Assembly: GCA_964016885.1 (NCBI GenBank)
Contig: OZ024754.1
Coordinates: 30,442,001 to 30,506,000, forward strand
Direction of reading: 5' to 3'
Length of the DNA stretch: 64,000 bases
DNA from: Eledone cirrhosa
Taxonomy: Eukaryota
Shown here piece by piece: positions 27,401-40,095 of the stretch (its first letter is position 1; every line of letters starts with the position of its first letter). The translations under genes were made by a program, and so were the position numbers. The notes under the pieces were generated by a model. It saw only the letters and a program-made list of their open reading frames with translations. It searched no databases and had not been told where the DNA came from.

Positions 27401-30400
27401 AATAAACTAGTGCTGCTGTTGTGTGCTGAAGAGCATTAACAGTAAACTAGTGCTGCTGTTGTGTGCTGAAGAGCATTAACAGTAAACTAGTGCTGCTGTT
27501 GTGTGCTGAAGAGCATTAACAGTAAACTAGTGCTGCTGTTGTGTGCTGAAGAGCACTAACAGTAAACCAGTGCTGCTGTTGTGTGCTGAAGAGCATTAAC
27601 AGTAAACTAGTGCTGCTGTTGTGTGCTGAAGAGCATTAACAATAAACTAGTGCTGCTGTTGTGTGCTGAAGAGCATTAACAGTAAACTAGTGCTGCTGTT
27701 GTGTGCTGAAGAGCATTAACAGTAAACTAGTGCTGCTGTTGTGTGCTGAAGAGCATTAACAGTAAACTAGTGCTGCTGTTATGTGCTGAAGAGCATTAAC
27801 AATAAACTAGTGCTGCTGTTGTGTGCTGAAGAGCATTAACAGTAAACTAGTGCTGCTGTTGTGTGCTGAAGAGCATTAACAATAAACTAGTGCTGCTGTT
27901 GTGTGCTGAAGAGCATTAACACTAAACTAGTGCTGCTGTTGTGTGCTGAAGAGCATTAACAGTAAACTAGTGCTGCTGTTGTGTGCTGAAGAGCATTAAC
28001 AGTAAACTAGTGCTGCTGTTGTGTGCTGAAGAACGTGAACACTAAACTAGTGCTGCTGTTGTGTGCTGAAGAGCATTAACAGTAAATTAGTGCTGCTGTT
28101 GTGTGCTGAAGAGCATTAACAGTAAACTAGTGCTGCTGTTGTGTGCTGAAGAGCATTAACAGTAAACTAGTGCTGCTGTTGTTTGCTGAAGAGCATTAAC
28201 AGTAAACTAGTGCTGCTGTTGTATGCTGAAGAGCATTAACAGTAAACTAGTGCTGCTGTTGTGTGCTGAAGAGCATTAACAGTAAACTAGTGCTGCTGTT
28301 GAGTGCTGAAGAGCATTAACAGTAAACTAGTGCTGCTGTTGTGTGCTGAAGAGCATTAACACTAAACTAGTGCTGCTGTTGTGTGCTGAAGAGCATTAAC
28401 AGTAAACTAGTGCTGCTGTTGAGTGCTGAAGAGCATTAACAGTAAACTAGTGCTGCTGTTGTGTGCTGAAGAACGTGAACACTAAACTAGTGCTGCTGTT
28501 GTGTGCTGAAGAGCATTAACAGTAAACTAGTGCTGCTGTTGTGTGCTGAAGAGCATTAACAGTAAACTAGTGCTGCTGTTGTGTGCTGAAGAGCATTAAC
28601 AGTAAACTAGTGCTGCTGTTGTTTGCTGAAGAGCATTAACAGTAAACTAGTGCTGCTGTTGTGTGCTGAAGAGCATTAACAATAAACTAGTGCTGCTGTT
28701 GTGTGCTGAAGAACATTAACAGTAAACTAGTGCTGCTGTTGTGTGCTGAAGAGCATTAACAGTAAACTAGTGCTGCTGTTGTGTGCTGAAGAGCATTAAC
28801 AGTAAACTAGTGCTGCTGTTGTGTGCTGAAGAGCACTAACAGTAAACCAGTGCTGCTGTTGTGTGCTGAAGAGCATTAACAGTAAACTAGTGCTGCTGTT
28901 GTGTGCTGAAGAGCATTAACAATAAACTAGTGCTGCTGTTGTTTGCTGAAGAGCATTAACAGTAAACTAGTGCTGCTGTTGTGTGCTGAAGAGCATTAAC
29001 AATAAACTAGTGCTGCTGTTGTGTGCTGAAGAACATTAACAGTAAACTAGTGCTGCTGTTGTGTGCTGAAGAGCATTAACAGTAAACTAGTGCTGCTGTT
29101 GTGTGCTGAAGAGCATTAACAGTAAACTAGTGCTGCTGTTGTGTGCTGAAGAGCACTAACAGTAAACCAGTGCTGCTGTTGTGTGCTGAAGAGCATTAAC
29201 AGTAAACTAGTGCTGCTGTTGTGTGCTGAAGAGCATTAACAATAAACTAGTGCTGCTGTTGTGTGCTGAAGAGCATTAACAGTAAACTAGTGCTGCTGTT
29301 GTGTGCTGAAGAGCACTAACAGTAAACCAGTGCTGCTGTTGTGTGCTGAAGAGCACTAACAGTAAACCAGTGCTGTTGTTGTGTGCTGAAGAGCATTAAC
29401 AATAAACTAGTGCTGCTGTTGTGTGCTGAAGGGCATTAACAGTAAACTAGAGCTGCTGTTGTGTGCTGAAGTGCATTAACAGTAAACTAGTGCTGCTGTT
29501 GTGTGCTGAAGAGCATTAACAGTAAACTAGTGCTGCTGTTGTGTGCTGAAGAGCACTAACAGTAAACCAGTGCTGCTGTTGTGTGCTGAAGAGCATTAAC
29601 AGTAAACTAGTGCTGCTGTTGTGTGCTGAAGAGCATTAACAATAAACTAGTGCTGCTGTTGTGTGCTGAAGAGCATTAACAGTAAACTAGTGCTGCTGTT
29701 GTGTGCTGAAGAGCATTAACAGTAAACTAGTGCTGCTGTTGTGTGCTGAAGAGCATTAACAGTAAACTAGTGCTGCTGTTGTGTGCTGAAGAGCATTAAC
29801 AATAAACTAGTGCTGCTGTTGTGTGCTGAAGAGCATTAACAGTAAACTAGTGCTGCTGTTGTGTGCTGAAGAGCATTAGCAATAAACTAGTGCTGCTGTT
29901 GTGTGCTGAAGAGCATTAACACTAAACTAGTGCTGCTGTTGTGTGCTGAAGAGCATTAACAGTAAACTAGTGCTGCTGTTGTGTGCTGAAGAGCATTAAC
30001 AGTAAACTAGTGCTGCTGTTGTGTGCTGAAGAGCACTAACAGTAAACCAGTGCTGCTGTTGTGTGCTGAAGAGCATTAACAGTAAATTAGTGCTGCTGTT
30101 GTGTGCTGAAGAGCATTAACAATAAACTAGTGCTGCTGTTGTGTGCTGAAGAGCATTAACAGTAAACTAGTGCTGCTGTTGTGTGCTGAAGAGCATTAAC
30201 AGTAAACTAGTGCTGCTGTTGTGTGCTGAAGAGCATTAACAGTAAACCAGTGCTGCTGTTGTGTGCTGAAGAGCATTAACAGTAAACTAGTGCTGCTGTT
30301 GTGTGCTGAAGAGCATTAACAATAAACTAGTGCTGCTGTTGTGTGCTGAAGAGCATTAACAGTAAACTAGTGCTGCTGTTGTGTGCTGAAGAGCATTAAC

Positions 30401-33400
30401 AGTAAACTAGTGCTGCTGTTGTGTGCTGAAGAGCATTAACAGTAAACTAGTGCTGCTGTTGTGTGCTGAAGAGCATTAACAATAAACTAGTGCTGCTGTT
30501 GTGTGCTGAAGAGCATTAACAGTAAACTAGTGCTGCTGTTGTGTGCTGAAGAGCATTAACAATAAACTAGTGCTGCTGTTGTGTGCTGAAGAGCATTAAC
30601 ACTAAACTAGTGCTGCTGTTGTGTGCTGAAGAGCATTAACAGTAAACTAGTGCTGCTGTTGTGTGCTGAAGAGCATTAACAGTAAACTAGTGCTGCTGTT
30701 GTGTGCTGAAGAACGTGAACACTAAACTAGTGCTGCTGTTGTGTGCTGAAGAGCATTAACAGTAAATTAGTGCTGCTGTTGTGTGCTGAAGAGCATTAAC
30801 AGTAAACTAGTGCTGCTGTTGTGTGCTGAAGAGCATTAACAGTAAACTAGTGCTGCTGTTGTTTGCTGAAGAGCATTAACAGTAAACTAGTGCTGCTGTT
30901 GTGTGCTGAAGAGCATTAACAGTAAACTAGTGCTGCTGTTGTGTGCTGAAGAGCATTAACAGTAAACTAGTGCTGCTGTTGTGTGCTGAAGAGCACTAAC
31001 AGTAAACCAGTGCTGCTGTTGTGTGCTGAAGAGCATTAACAGTAAACTAGTGCTGCTGTTGTGTGCTGAAGAGCATTAACAATAAACTAGTGCTGCTGTT
31101 GTATGCTGAAGAGCATTAACAGTAAACTAGTGCTGCTGTTGTGTGCTGAAGAGCATTAACAGTAAACTAGTGCTGCTGTTGTGTGCTGAAGAGCATTAAC
31201 AGTAAACTAGTGCTGCTGTTGTGTGCTGAAGAGCATTAACAATAAACTAGTGCTGCTGTTGTGTGCTGAAGAGCATTAACAGTAAACTAGTGCTGCTGTT
31301 GTGTGCTGAAGAGCATTAACAGTAAACTAGTGCTGCTGTTGTGTGCTGAAGAGCACTAACAGTAAACCAGTGCTGCTGTTGTGTGCTGAAGAGCATTAAC
31401 ACTAAACTAGTGCTGCTGTTGTGTGCTGAAGAGCATTAACAGTAAACTAGTGCTGCTGTTGAGTGCTGAAGAGCATTAACAGTAAACTAGTGCTGCTGTT
31501 GTGTGCTGAAGAACGTGAACACTAAACTAGTGCTGCTGTTGTGTGCTGAAGAGCATTAACAGTAAACTAGTGCTGCTGTTGTGTGCTGAAGAGCATTAAC
31601 AGTAAACTAGTGCTGCTGTTGTGTGCTGAAGAGCATTAACAGTAAACTAGTGCTGCTGTTGTTTGCTGAAGAGCATTAACAGTAAACTAGTGCTGCTGTT
31701 GTGTGCTGAAGAGCATTAACAGTAAACTAGTGCTGCTGTTGTGTGCTGAAGAGCATTAACAGTAAACTAGTGCTGCTGTTGTGTGCTGAAGAGCACTAAC
31801 AGTAAACTAGTGCTGCTGTTGTGTGCTGAAGAGCACTAACAGTAAACCAGTGCTGCTGTTGTGTGCTGAAGAGCATTAACAGTAAACTAGTGCTGCTGTT
31901 GTGTGCTGAAGAGCACTAACAGTAAACTAGTGCTGCTGTTGTGTGCTGAAGAGCACTAACAGTAAACCAGTGCTGCTGTTGTGTGCTGAAGAGCATTAAC
32001 AGTAAACTAGTGCTGCTGTTGTGTGCTGAAGAGCATTAACAGTAAACTAGTGCTGCTGTTGTGTGCTGAAGAGCATTAACACTAAACTAGTGCTGCTGTT
32101 GTGTGCTGAAGAGCATTAACAATAAACTAGTGCTGCTGTTGTGTGCTGAAGAGCATTAACAGTAAACTAGTGCTGCTGTTGTGTGCTGAAGAGCATTAAC
32201 AGTAAACTAGTGCTGCTGTTGTGTGCTGAAGAGCAATAACAATAAACTAGTGCTGCTGTTGTGTGCTGAAGAGCATTAACAGTAAACTAGTGCTGCTGTT
32301 GTGTGCTGAAGAGCATTAACAGTAAACTAGTGCTGCTGCTGTGTGCTGAAGAGCACTAACAGTAAACCAGTGCTGCTGTTGTGTGCTGAAGAGCACTAAC
32401 AGTAAACCAGTGCTGCTGTTGTGTGCTGAAGAGCATTAACAGTAAACTAGTGCTGCTGTTGTGTGCTGAAGAGCATTAACAGTAAACTAGTGCTGCTGTT
32501 GTGTGCTGAAGAGCATTAACAGTAAACTAGTGCTGCTGTTGTGTGCTGAAGAGCATTAACAGTAAACTAGTGCTGCTGTTGTGTGCTGAAGAGCATTAAC
32601 AGTAAACTAGTGCTGCTGTTGTGTGCTGAAGAGCATTAACAGTAAACTAGTGCTGCTGTTGTGTGCTGAAGAGCACTAACAGTAAACCAGTGCTGCTGTT
32701 GTGTGCTGAAGAGCATTAACAGTAAACTAGTGCTGCTGTTGTGTGCTGAAGAGCATTAACAATAAACTAGTGCTGCTGTTGTGTGCTGAAGAGCATTAAC
32801 AGTAAACTAGTGCTGCTGTTGTGTGCTGAAGAGCATTAACAGTAAACTAGTGCTGCTGTTGTGTGCTGAAGAGCATTAACAGTAAACTAGTGCTGCTGTT
32901 GTGTGCTGAAGAGCATTAACAATAAACTAGTGCTGCTGTTGTGTGCTGAAGAGCATTAACAGTAAACTAGTGCTGCTGTTGTGTGCTGAAGAGCATTAAC
33001 AATAAACTAGTGCTGCTGTTGTGTGCTGAAGAGCATTAACACTAAACTAGTGCTGCTGTTGTGTGCTGAAGAGCATTAACAGTAAACTAGTGCTGCTGTT
33101 GTGTGCTGAAGAGCATTAACAGTAAACTAGTGCTGCTGTTGTGTGCTGAAGAGCATTAACAGTAAACTAGTGCTGCTGTTGTGTGCTGAAGAACGTGAAC
33201 ACTAAACTAGTGCTGCTGTTGTGTGCTGAAGAGCATTAACAGTAAACTAGTGCTGCTGTTGTGTGCTGAAGAGCATTAACAGTAAACTAGTGCTGCTGTT
33301 GTGTGCTGAAGAGCATTAACAGTAAACTAGTGCTGCTGTTGTGTGCTGAAGAGCATTAACAGTAAACTAGTGCTGCTGTTGTGTGCTGAAGAGCATTAAC

Positions 33401-34660
33401 AGTAAACTAGTGCTGCTGTTGTGTGCTGAAGAGCATTAACAGTAAACTAGTGCTGCTGTTGTGTGCTGAAGAGCACTAACAGTAAACCAGTGCTGCTGTT
33501 GTGTGCTGAAGAGCATTAACAGTAAACTAGTGCTGCTGTTGTGTGCTGAAGAGCATTAACAATAAACTAGTGCTGCTGTTGTGTGCTGAAGAGCATTAAC
33601 AGTAAACTAGTGCTGCTGTTGTGTGCTGAAGAGCATTAACAGTAAACTAGTGCTGCTGTTGTGTGCTGAAGAGCATTAACAGTAAACTAGTGCTGCTGTT
33701 GTGTGCTGAAGAGCATTAACAATGAACTAGTGCTGCTGTTGTGTGCTGAAGAGCATTAACAGTAAACTAGTGCTGCTGTTGTGTGCTGAAGAGCATTAAC
33801 AATAAACTAGTGCTGCTGTTGTGTGCTGAAGAGCATTAACACTAAACTAGTGCTGCTGTTGTGTGCTGAAGAGCATTAACAGTAAACTAGTGCTGCTGTT
33901 GAGTGCTGAAGAGCATTAACAGTAAACTAGTGCTGCTGTTGTGTGCTGAAGAACGTGAACACTAAACTAGTGCTGCTGTTGTGTGCTGAAGAGCATTAAC
34001 AGTAAACTAGTGCTGCTGTTGTGTGCTGAAGAGCATTAACAGTAAACTAGTGCTGCTGTTGTGTGCTGAAGAGCATTAACAGTAAACTAGTGCTGCTGTT
34101 GTTTGCTGAAGAGCATTAACAGTAAACTAGTGCTGCTGTTGTGTGCTGAAGAGCATTAACAGTAAACTAGTGCTGCTGTTGTGTGCTGAAGAGCACTAAC
34201 AGTAAACCAGTGCTGCTGTTGTGTGCTGAAGAGCATTAACAGTAAACTAGTGCTGCTGTTGTGTGCTGAAGAGCATTAACAGTAAACTAGTGCTGCTGTT
34301 GTGTGCTGAAGAGCATTAACAGTAAACTAGTGCTGCTGTTGTGTGCTGAAGAGCATTAACAGTAAACTAGTGCTGCTGTTGTGTGCTGAAGAGCATTAAC
34401 ACTAAACTAGTGCTGCTGTTGTGTGCTGAAGAGCATTAACAATAAACTAGTGCTGCTGTTGTGTGCTGAAGAGCATTAACAATAAACTAGTACTGCTGTT
34501 GTGTGCTGAAGAGCATTAACAGTAAACTAGTGCTGCTGTTGTGTGCTGAAGAGCATTAACAATAAACTAGTGCTGCTGTTGTGTGCTGAAGAGCATTAAC
34601 AGTAAACTAGTGCTGCTGTTGTGTGCTGAAGAGCATTAACACTAAACTAGTGCTGCTGTT
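24489..34660. repeat. 40-bp tandem satellite, about 254 units, non-coding
   Basis: Unit CTAGTGCTGCTGTTGTGTGCTGAAGAGCATTAACAGTAAA; the register stays constant from 24527 to 34660. Confidence 0.98.
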
Positions 34661-34879
34661 GATGGTCTTTATGTGATGAGCAGTTGTTTTGCTGCTGTTG
34701 TGTGCTGATGAGCACTAACACTAAACCAGTCCTGCTGTTAATGAATTTCTGCTGCTGCTGATGCTGCTACTGCTGCCATTGATGTTACTTCTGCTGCTAC
34801 TGCTGCTGCTGCTGTTGGTGGCATTTCAAGTGGAACCAGTGCAACAGTCAGCATTAACATTTGTTGCATCTTTTTAACA

Positions 34880-36394
34880 CTGCCACCACCACCACCACCA
34901 CTACTACTATTACAACCTCCACCACTGCCACCACCACCACTACTACTATTACAACCTCCACCACTACCACCACCACCACTACCACCACCACCACCACCAC
35001 TACTACTATTACAACCTCCACCACTACCACCACCACCACTACCACCACCACCACCACCACTACTACTACTATTACAACCTCCACAACTACCACCACCACC
35101 ACTACTACTATTACAACCTCCACCACTACCACCACCACCACTACCACCACCACCACCACTACCACCACCACCTCCACCACCACTACTACTATTACAACCT
35201 CCACCACTACCACCACCACCACTACCACCACCACCACCACTACTACTATTACAACCTCCACCACTACCACCACCACCACTACCACCACCACCACCACCAC
35301 TACTACTATTACAACCTCCACCACTACCACCACCACCACTACCACCACCACCACCACCACCACCACTACTACTATTACAACCTCCACCACTACCACCACC
35401 ACCACTACCACCACCACCACCACTACTACTATTACAACCTCCACCACTACCACCACCACCACTACCACCACCACCACCACCACCACTACTATTACAACCT
35501 CCACCACTACCACCACCACCACTACCACCACCACCACCACCACTACTACTATTACAACCTCCACCACTACCACCACCACCACTACCACCACCACCACCAC
35601 CACTACTACTATTACAACCTCCACCACTACCACCACCACCACTACCACCACCACCACTACTACTATTACAACCTCCACCACTACCACTGCCACCATCACC
35701 ACCACCACCACCACTATTACTATTACCACCACCACTGCTACTATTATTACCCCCAACACTACCACCACCACCACCACCACCACAATTACTATTGCCACCA
35801 CAACCACCACTACTACTATTACCTCCACCACCACTACCACCACCATCACCACTACCACCACCACCACCACCACCACCACTATTACTATTGCCACCACAAC
35901 CACCACTACTACTATTACCACCACCACCACTACTACTATTACCACCACCACCACCACCACTATTATTACCCCCAACACTACCACCACCATCACCACCATC
36001 ACCACCACCACTATTACAACTACTACCACTACTATTACCACCACCACCACCACCACACTACTACTATTACAACCACTACCACCACGACTACTATTACCAC
36101 CACCACCACTACTATTACCACCACCACCACTATTACAGCCACCACCACTACTATACCACCACTGACACCACTACCACCGTCACTACTATTACCACCATCA
36201 CCACTAATACCACCACCAACACAACCATCACTACCACCACCACCACCACTATTACCACCACCATTACTACAACTATAGAAGTAAATGCTAACAATTGGTG
36301 CTGTCACTGCAGAAAATTGTTGCTGCTACTACCACCACTACTACTACTAGTACTACCACTACCACCACCACCACCACCACCACTACTACTACTA

Positions 36395-36436
<42 letters not shown>

Positions 36437-36447
36437 TCACCACCACA

Positions 36448-36515
<68 letters not shown>

Positions 36516-36519
36516 AACG

Positions 36520-36563
<44 letters not shown>

Positions 36564-36618
36564 CACCACCACCACCACTACCACCACCACCACCACCACC
36601 ACCACCACCACCACAACG

Positions 36619-36682
<64 letters not shown>

Positions 36683-36700
36683 TTACTACTACTACTAGAG
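34880..36700. repeat. (ACC)n/(ACT)n compound trinucleotide array with an ACTACTATTACAACCTCC higher-order unit
   Basis: Directly visible; source of the poly-T and poly-V ORFs. Confidence 0.93.
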
Positions 36701-37159
36701 TTGCTGTTGTTGCTGCTAGTGGTGCTATAGTTGCTGCTGCTGTTGATGCTACAGTTACTGCTATAGTTACTACTGCTGTTGTTGTTGCTGGTGCTACAGT
36801 TACTGCTGCTGCTGCTGCTTCAGTGACTGCTGTTGTTGGTGCTACAGTTACTGCTGGTGCTGGTGCTGTAGTTACTGCTGCTGGTGCTACAGTTACTACA
36901 GCTGGTGTTACAGTTACTGTTGCTGCTGTTGGTGCAGGTCCTACAGATACTGCTGCTGTTGGTGCTACAGATACAGCTGCTGTTGGTGCTGGTGCTGCTA
37001 CAGTTACTCTGCTGTTGCTGTTGCTGGTGCTATTCTAGAGGAGGTTGACCTCGTTTTCCCTTCATTGATCTGTTTACAGTTCTCTTTCAAGCAATTTTCA
37101 CCAAACAGTTTTTTTTCCTGGTTGAGTGGGATGAAACATGGAAGCAGTGCCAACTGATA

Positions 37160-38055
37160 TCACCACCACCACCACCACCACCACCACCACCACCACCACC
37201 ACCACCACCACCACCACCACCACCAATACCATCACATACCACCACCACCACCAATACCATCACATACCACCACCACCACCACCCCATACCACCACCACCA
37301 CCAATACCATCACCACCACCACCCCATACCACCACCACCACCAATACCATCACATACCACCACCACCACCACCCCATACCACCACCACCACCAATACCAT
37401 CACCACCACCACCCCATACCACCACCACCACCACCAATACCACCACCACTACCACCACCACTACCATTTTCATCATCACTACCAACACTATAACCACCAC
37501 CATCATCATCACTGCCAATACCAACCCCACCTCCGCCATTGTCACGGCGACTGCCAACGCCCCAACCATTCCCCCCCAAACCACCACTACCCCATCACCA
37601 CCACCACCACCACCACCACCCCATACCACCACCACCACCACCAATACCACCACCACTACCACCACCACTACCATTTTCATCATCACTACCAACACTATAA
37701 CCACCACCATCATCATCACTGCCAATACCAACCCCACCTCCGCCATTGTCACGGCGACTGCCAACGCCCCAACCATTCCCCCCCAAACCACCACTACCCC
37801 ATCACCACCACCACCACCACCACCACCCCATACCACCACCACCACCCCATACCACCACCACCACCACCACCAATACCACCACCACTACCACCACCAATAC
37901 CATTTTCATCATCACTACCAACACTATAACCACCACCATCATCATCACTGCCAATACCAACCCCACCTCCACCATTGTCACGGCGACTGCCAACACCCCA
38001 ACCATTCCCCCCCAAAACCCCCACTAGCCCCATCACCACCACGACCACCACCATC
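37160..38055. repeat. (ACC)n-rich region with three copies of a 200-230 bp unit
   Basis: CCATTTTCATCATCACTACCAACACTATAACC...ATTGTCACGGCGACTGCCAAC begins at about 37464, 37671 and 37900. Confidence 0.85.
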
Positions 38056-38325
38056 ACCAGGGTCAGGCCACCTTGTGGACCCTACCAACAAGATGGTGAA
38101 GACATTACCCCCACAAGATGGTGAGTGAAATGCCATGCTTATGGAAGTAAATCTACTCCACATACCACCACCATAAATGAAAGTTAAGGTGCAGTCTATC
38201 ATTGGTCCCCGCTGACAGGATGGAGAAGACATTACTCTGAAGGAGGGCAAAGGAGACTTGCTACTGGAACAGTCACTCCACTTTGCAGGGCTCCCACCTG
38301 TAGGTAGCCAACTCTGCTCTGATAA

Positions 38326-38468
38326 CAGTGAGTAGGGATGGTTGAGTAGGTTTCAGGTTCGCTACAGACATGTGGCATTTTGGACAAGTGTCTTCTGCTA
38401 TAGCCTCACTTTCACCAATGCCTTGTAATTGCAATTTGGTTGTTGGAAACTGTGAAAAAGCCCTTTGT
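38326..38468 (+). mobile_element. SINE fragment
   Basis: TTGGACAAGTGTCTTCTGCTATAGCCTC...GCCTTGT...GGAAACTG..AAGCCC followed by (TA)n; core shared with 12745-13112. Confidence 0.6.
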
Positions 38469-38491
38469 ATATATATATATATATATATATA

Positions 38492-38693
38492 TCTGGAGAT
38501 CTCTCTGCACTTGTCGTCACATGGTACCATGGGCCCAGCACTATGTGTCAATAATTGTCACAAGTGTAGTGTTTGTACCAGAGTTTTCAAGTCGCTGGCT
38601 GGACTAAAAAGTCACAGTCGTTCAGCGCATCGGTAGGGGTTCTCCTACATGTATATAAAGTAGTGGCCGTACTCGAAAACGAGTTGGCAGCCA

Positions 38694-38697
<4 letters not shown>
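38492..38697 (+). mobile_element. 3' end of a LINE, probably RTE/BovB-like: C2H2 zinc finger, stop codon and hairpin 3' UTR
   Basis: HKCSVCTRVFKSLAGLKSHSRSAHR* followed by the GTGGCC-GT-ACTCG-AAAA-CGAGT-TGGCAGCCAC stem-loop; (TA)n on both sides. Confidence 0.6.
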
Positions 38698-38734
<37 letters not shown>

Positions 38735-38817
38735 GGAGGTGAGTTTTATTGTAGTACAATAAAGCAATGCAGATATCGGATAAGAAGCACTCTACAGTTT
38801 GTAGGACTGGAGTATAC

Positions 38818-39056
38818 ATAATATATAAGATCAAAAGATGGTTAAAAGAGTTCCATGTATTTTATTATGCGCATTTCAAAAACAATATGTTGATTTAAAA
38901 CTGCACTATTCACAAGTGTTTTTTAACCTTCATATCATGTCTTCCTATTTTATCTGATGAAAATACAAATGTTATTGCATGATGATATTTGTTTTTGAAA
39001 TGCGCATAATAAAATACATGGAACTCTTTTAACCATCTTTTGATCTTATATATTAT
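38818..39056. repeat. Inverted repeat with 68-bp perfect arms overlapping a hammerhead (Penelope-like arrangement)
   Basis: 38818-38885 is the reverse complement of 38989-39056. Confidence 0.9.
38946..39016 (+). ncRNA. Minimal type I hammerhead ribozyme
   Basis: Stem I TATTTTAT/ATAAAATA; CTGATGA 38954-60; stem II of about 16 bp; GAAA 38997-39000; T-GCGC-A helix III; ATA cleavage triplet. Confidence 0.85.
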
Positions 39057-39075
39057 ATATGTATACATATATTTA

Positions 39076-39268
39076 TATCATCATCGTTTAACGTTTATCT
39101 TCCATGCTAGCATGGGTTAGACGGGAATTGTCCCACTTGAGGCAAGATTGATTGAATGACCATGTCTCACTCGTATAGGACTGTATCTGGCAGGTTTTCT
39201 ATGGCTGGACACCCTTCCTAACACCAACCATATTTACAGTGTGGGCTGGGAGCCTTTTTACCGTGTCT
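39076..39268 (-). mobile_element. 3' fragment of the RTE-tailed SINE or RTE 3' UTR family
   Basis: (CAT)n-CGTTTAACGTTTATCTTCCATGCTAGCATGGGTT...CCCTTCCTAACACCAACC; homologous to 54850-55048. Confidence 0.75.
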
Positions 39269-39503
39269 CCTATATATATATATGTATATTGTATATATAT
39301 ATAATGCTCTGACTTGTTGTTATCAATTCCTTCATTGAGCAAAACTGGTAATGGTTGGACTCCCTCATATGTACATCTATTCTTATGTGTTTATATATAT
39401 ATATATATATATAAAAACACATAAGTATAGATGTACATATGAGGGAATGAATTCTGTGTGAGAACATCGTTATTTTTTCTCCCTCATATCAAGAATTTGA
39501 AGA

Positions 39504-39598
39504 CAATTCATTTTCACCTGATGAGATCAGTGATAATCGATCATGGCTTCACAATCGATCTATCTCTTATTGAAACATGTGTCGTGATTAAATGATTG
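39504..39598 (+). ncRNA. Minimal type I hammerhead ribozyme
   Basis: Stem I TCATTT-TCAC/GTGA-TT-AAATGA; CTGATGA 39518-24; long stem II (GATA/TATC, ATCGAT/ATCGAT); GAAA 39572-75; C-ATGT-G; GTC triplet 39581-83. Confidence 0.8.
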
Positions 39599-39624
39599 GA
39601 ATTTTACCTTGCCTTCGGATTTTC

Positions 39625-39689
<65 letters not shown>

Positions 39690-40017
39690 TATATATATGA
39701 AGGGTTTAAGCCCAACATGTCGAATTTTCTTTCCCTTTTCCAATATAAAGCATGAAACTAATAAGACTTTTTGTACCTGTTTATTGTCTCCTTGAACTAT
39801 ATATATATATATATATATATTCAATAAATTTGTTAATTGCTCTCTTATGGTAGAGTAAAACATTTGGTTGAATTGGACTGTTTTTTCTAGCAGCCCCGTT
39901 ACTTGCCATTATCCACCTACCCATGCCCTTCTGTTGACCGTAAATCACATGATAATTCTCCCATTTGAAATTATCGCTGGTTGCAGATAACTCTGAAGAA
40001 TTATTTCTTGATTCACA

Positions 40018-40095
40018 ATGTTCCCTGATGAGCTGAGATTTGACACAGTGCTCAATGAAAACTGTGATTACTCAACAAAACTGCAGCTGGGACAT
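40018..40095 (+). ncRNA. Decayed type I hammerhead ribozyme, probably inactive
   Basis: Stem I ATGTTCC/GGGACAT; CTGATGA 40025-31; stem II GCTGAG/CTCAAC and CACAGT/ACTGTG; C-TGCA-G loop. GAAA is replaced by AAAA and the triplet is GCT. Confidence 0.65.

Noticed and set aside
24489-34660. CRISPR array, suggested by the 40-bp hairpin repeats
   Set aside because: Units are head-to-tail with no unique spacers, there are no cas genes, and the context is eukaryotic.
38553-38636. Host C2H2 zinc-finger gene
   Set aside because: A single finger followed by a stop, a hairpin and (TA)n fits a LINE 3' end better than a tandem zinc-finger gene.
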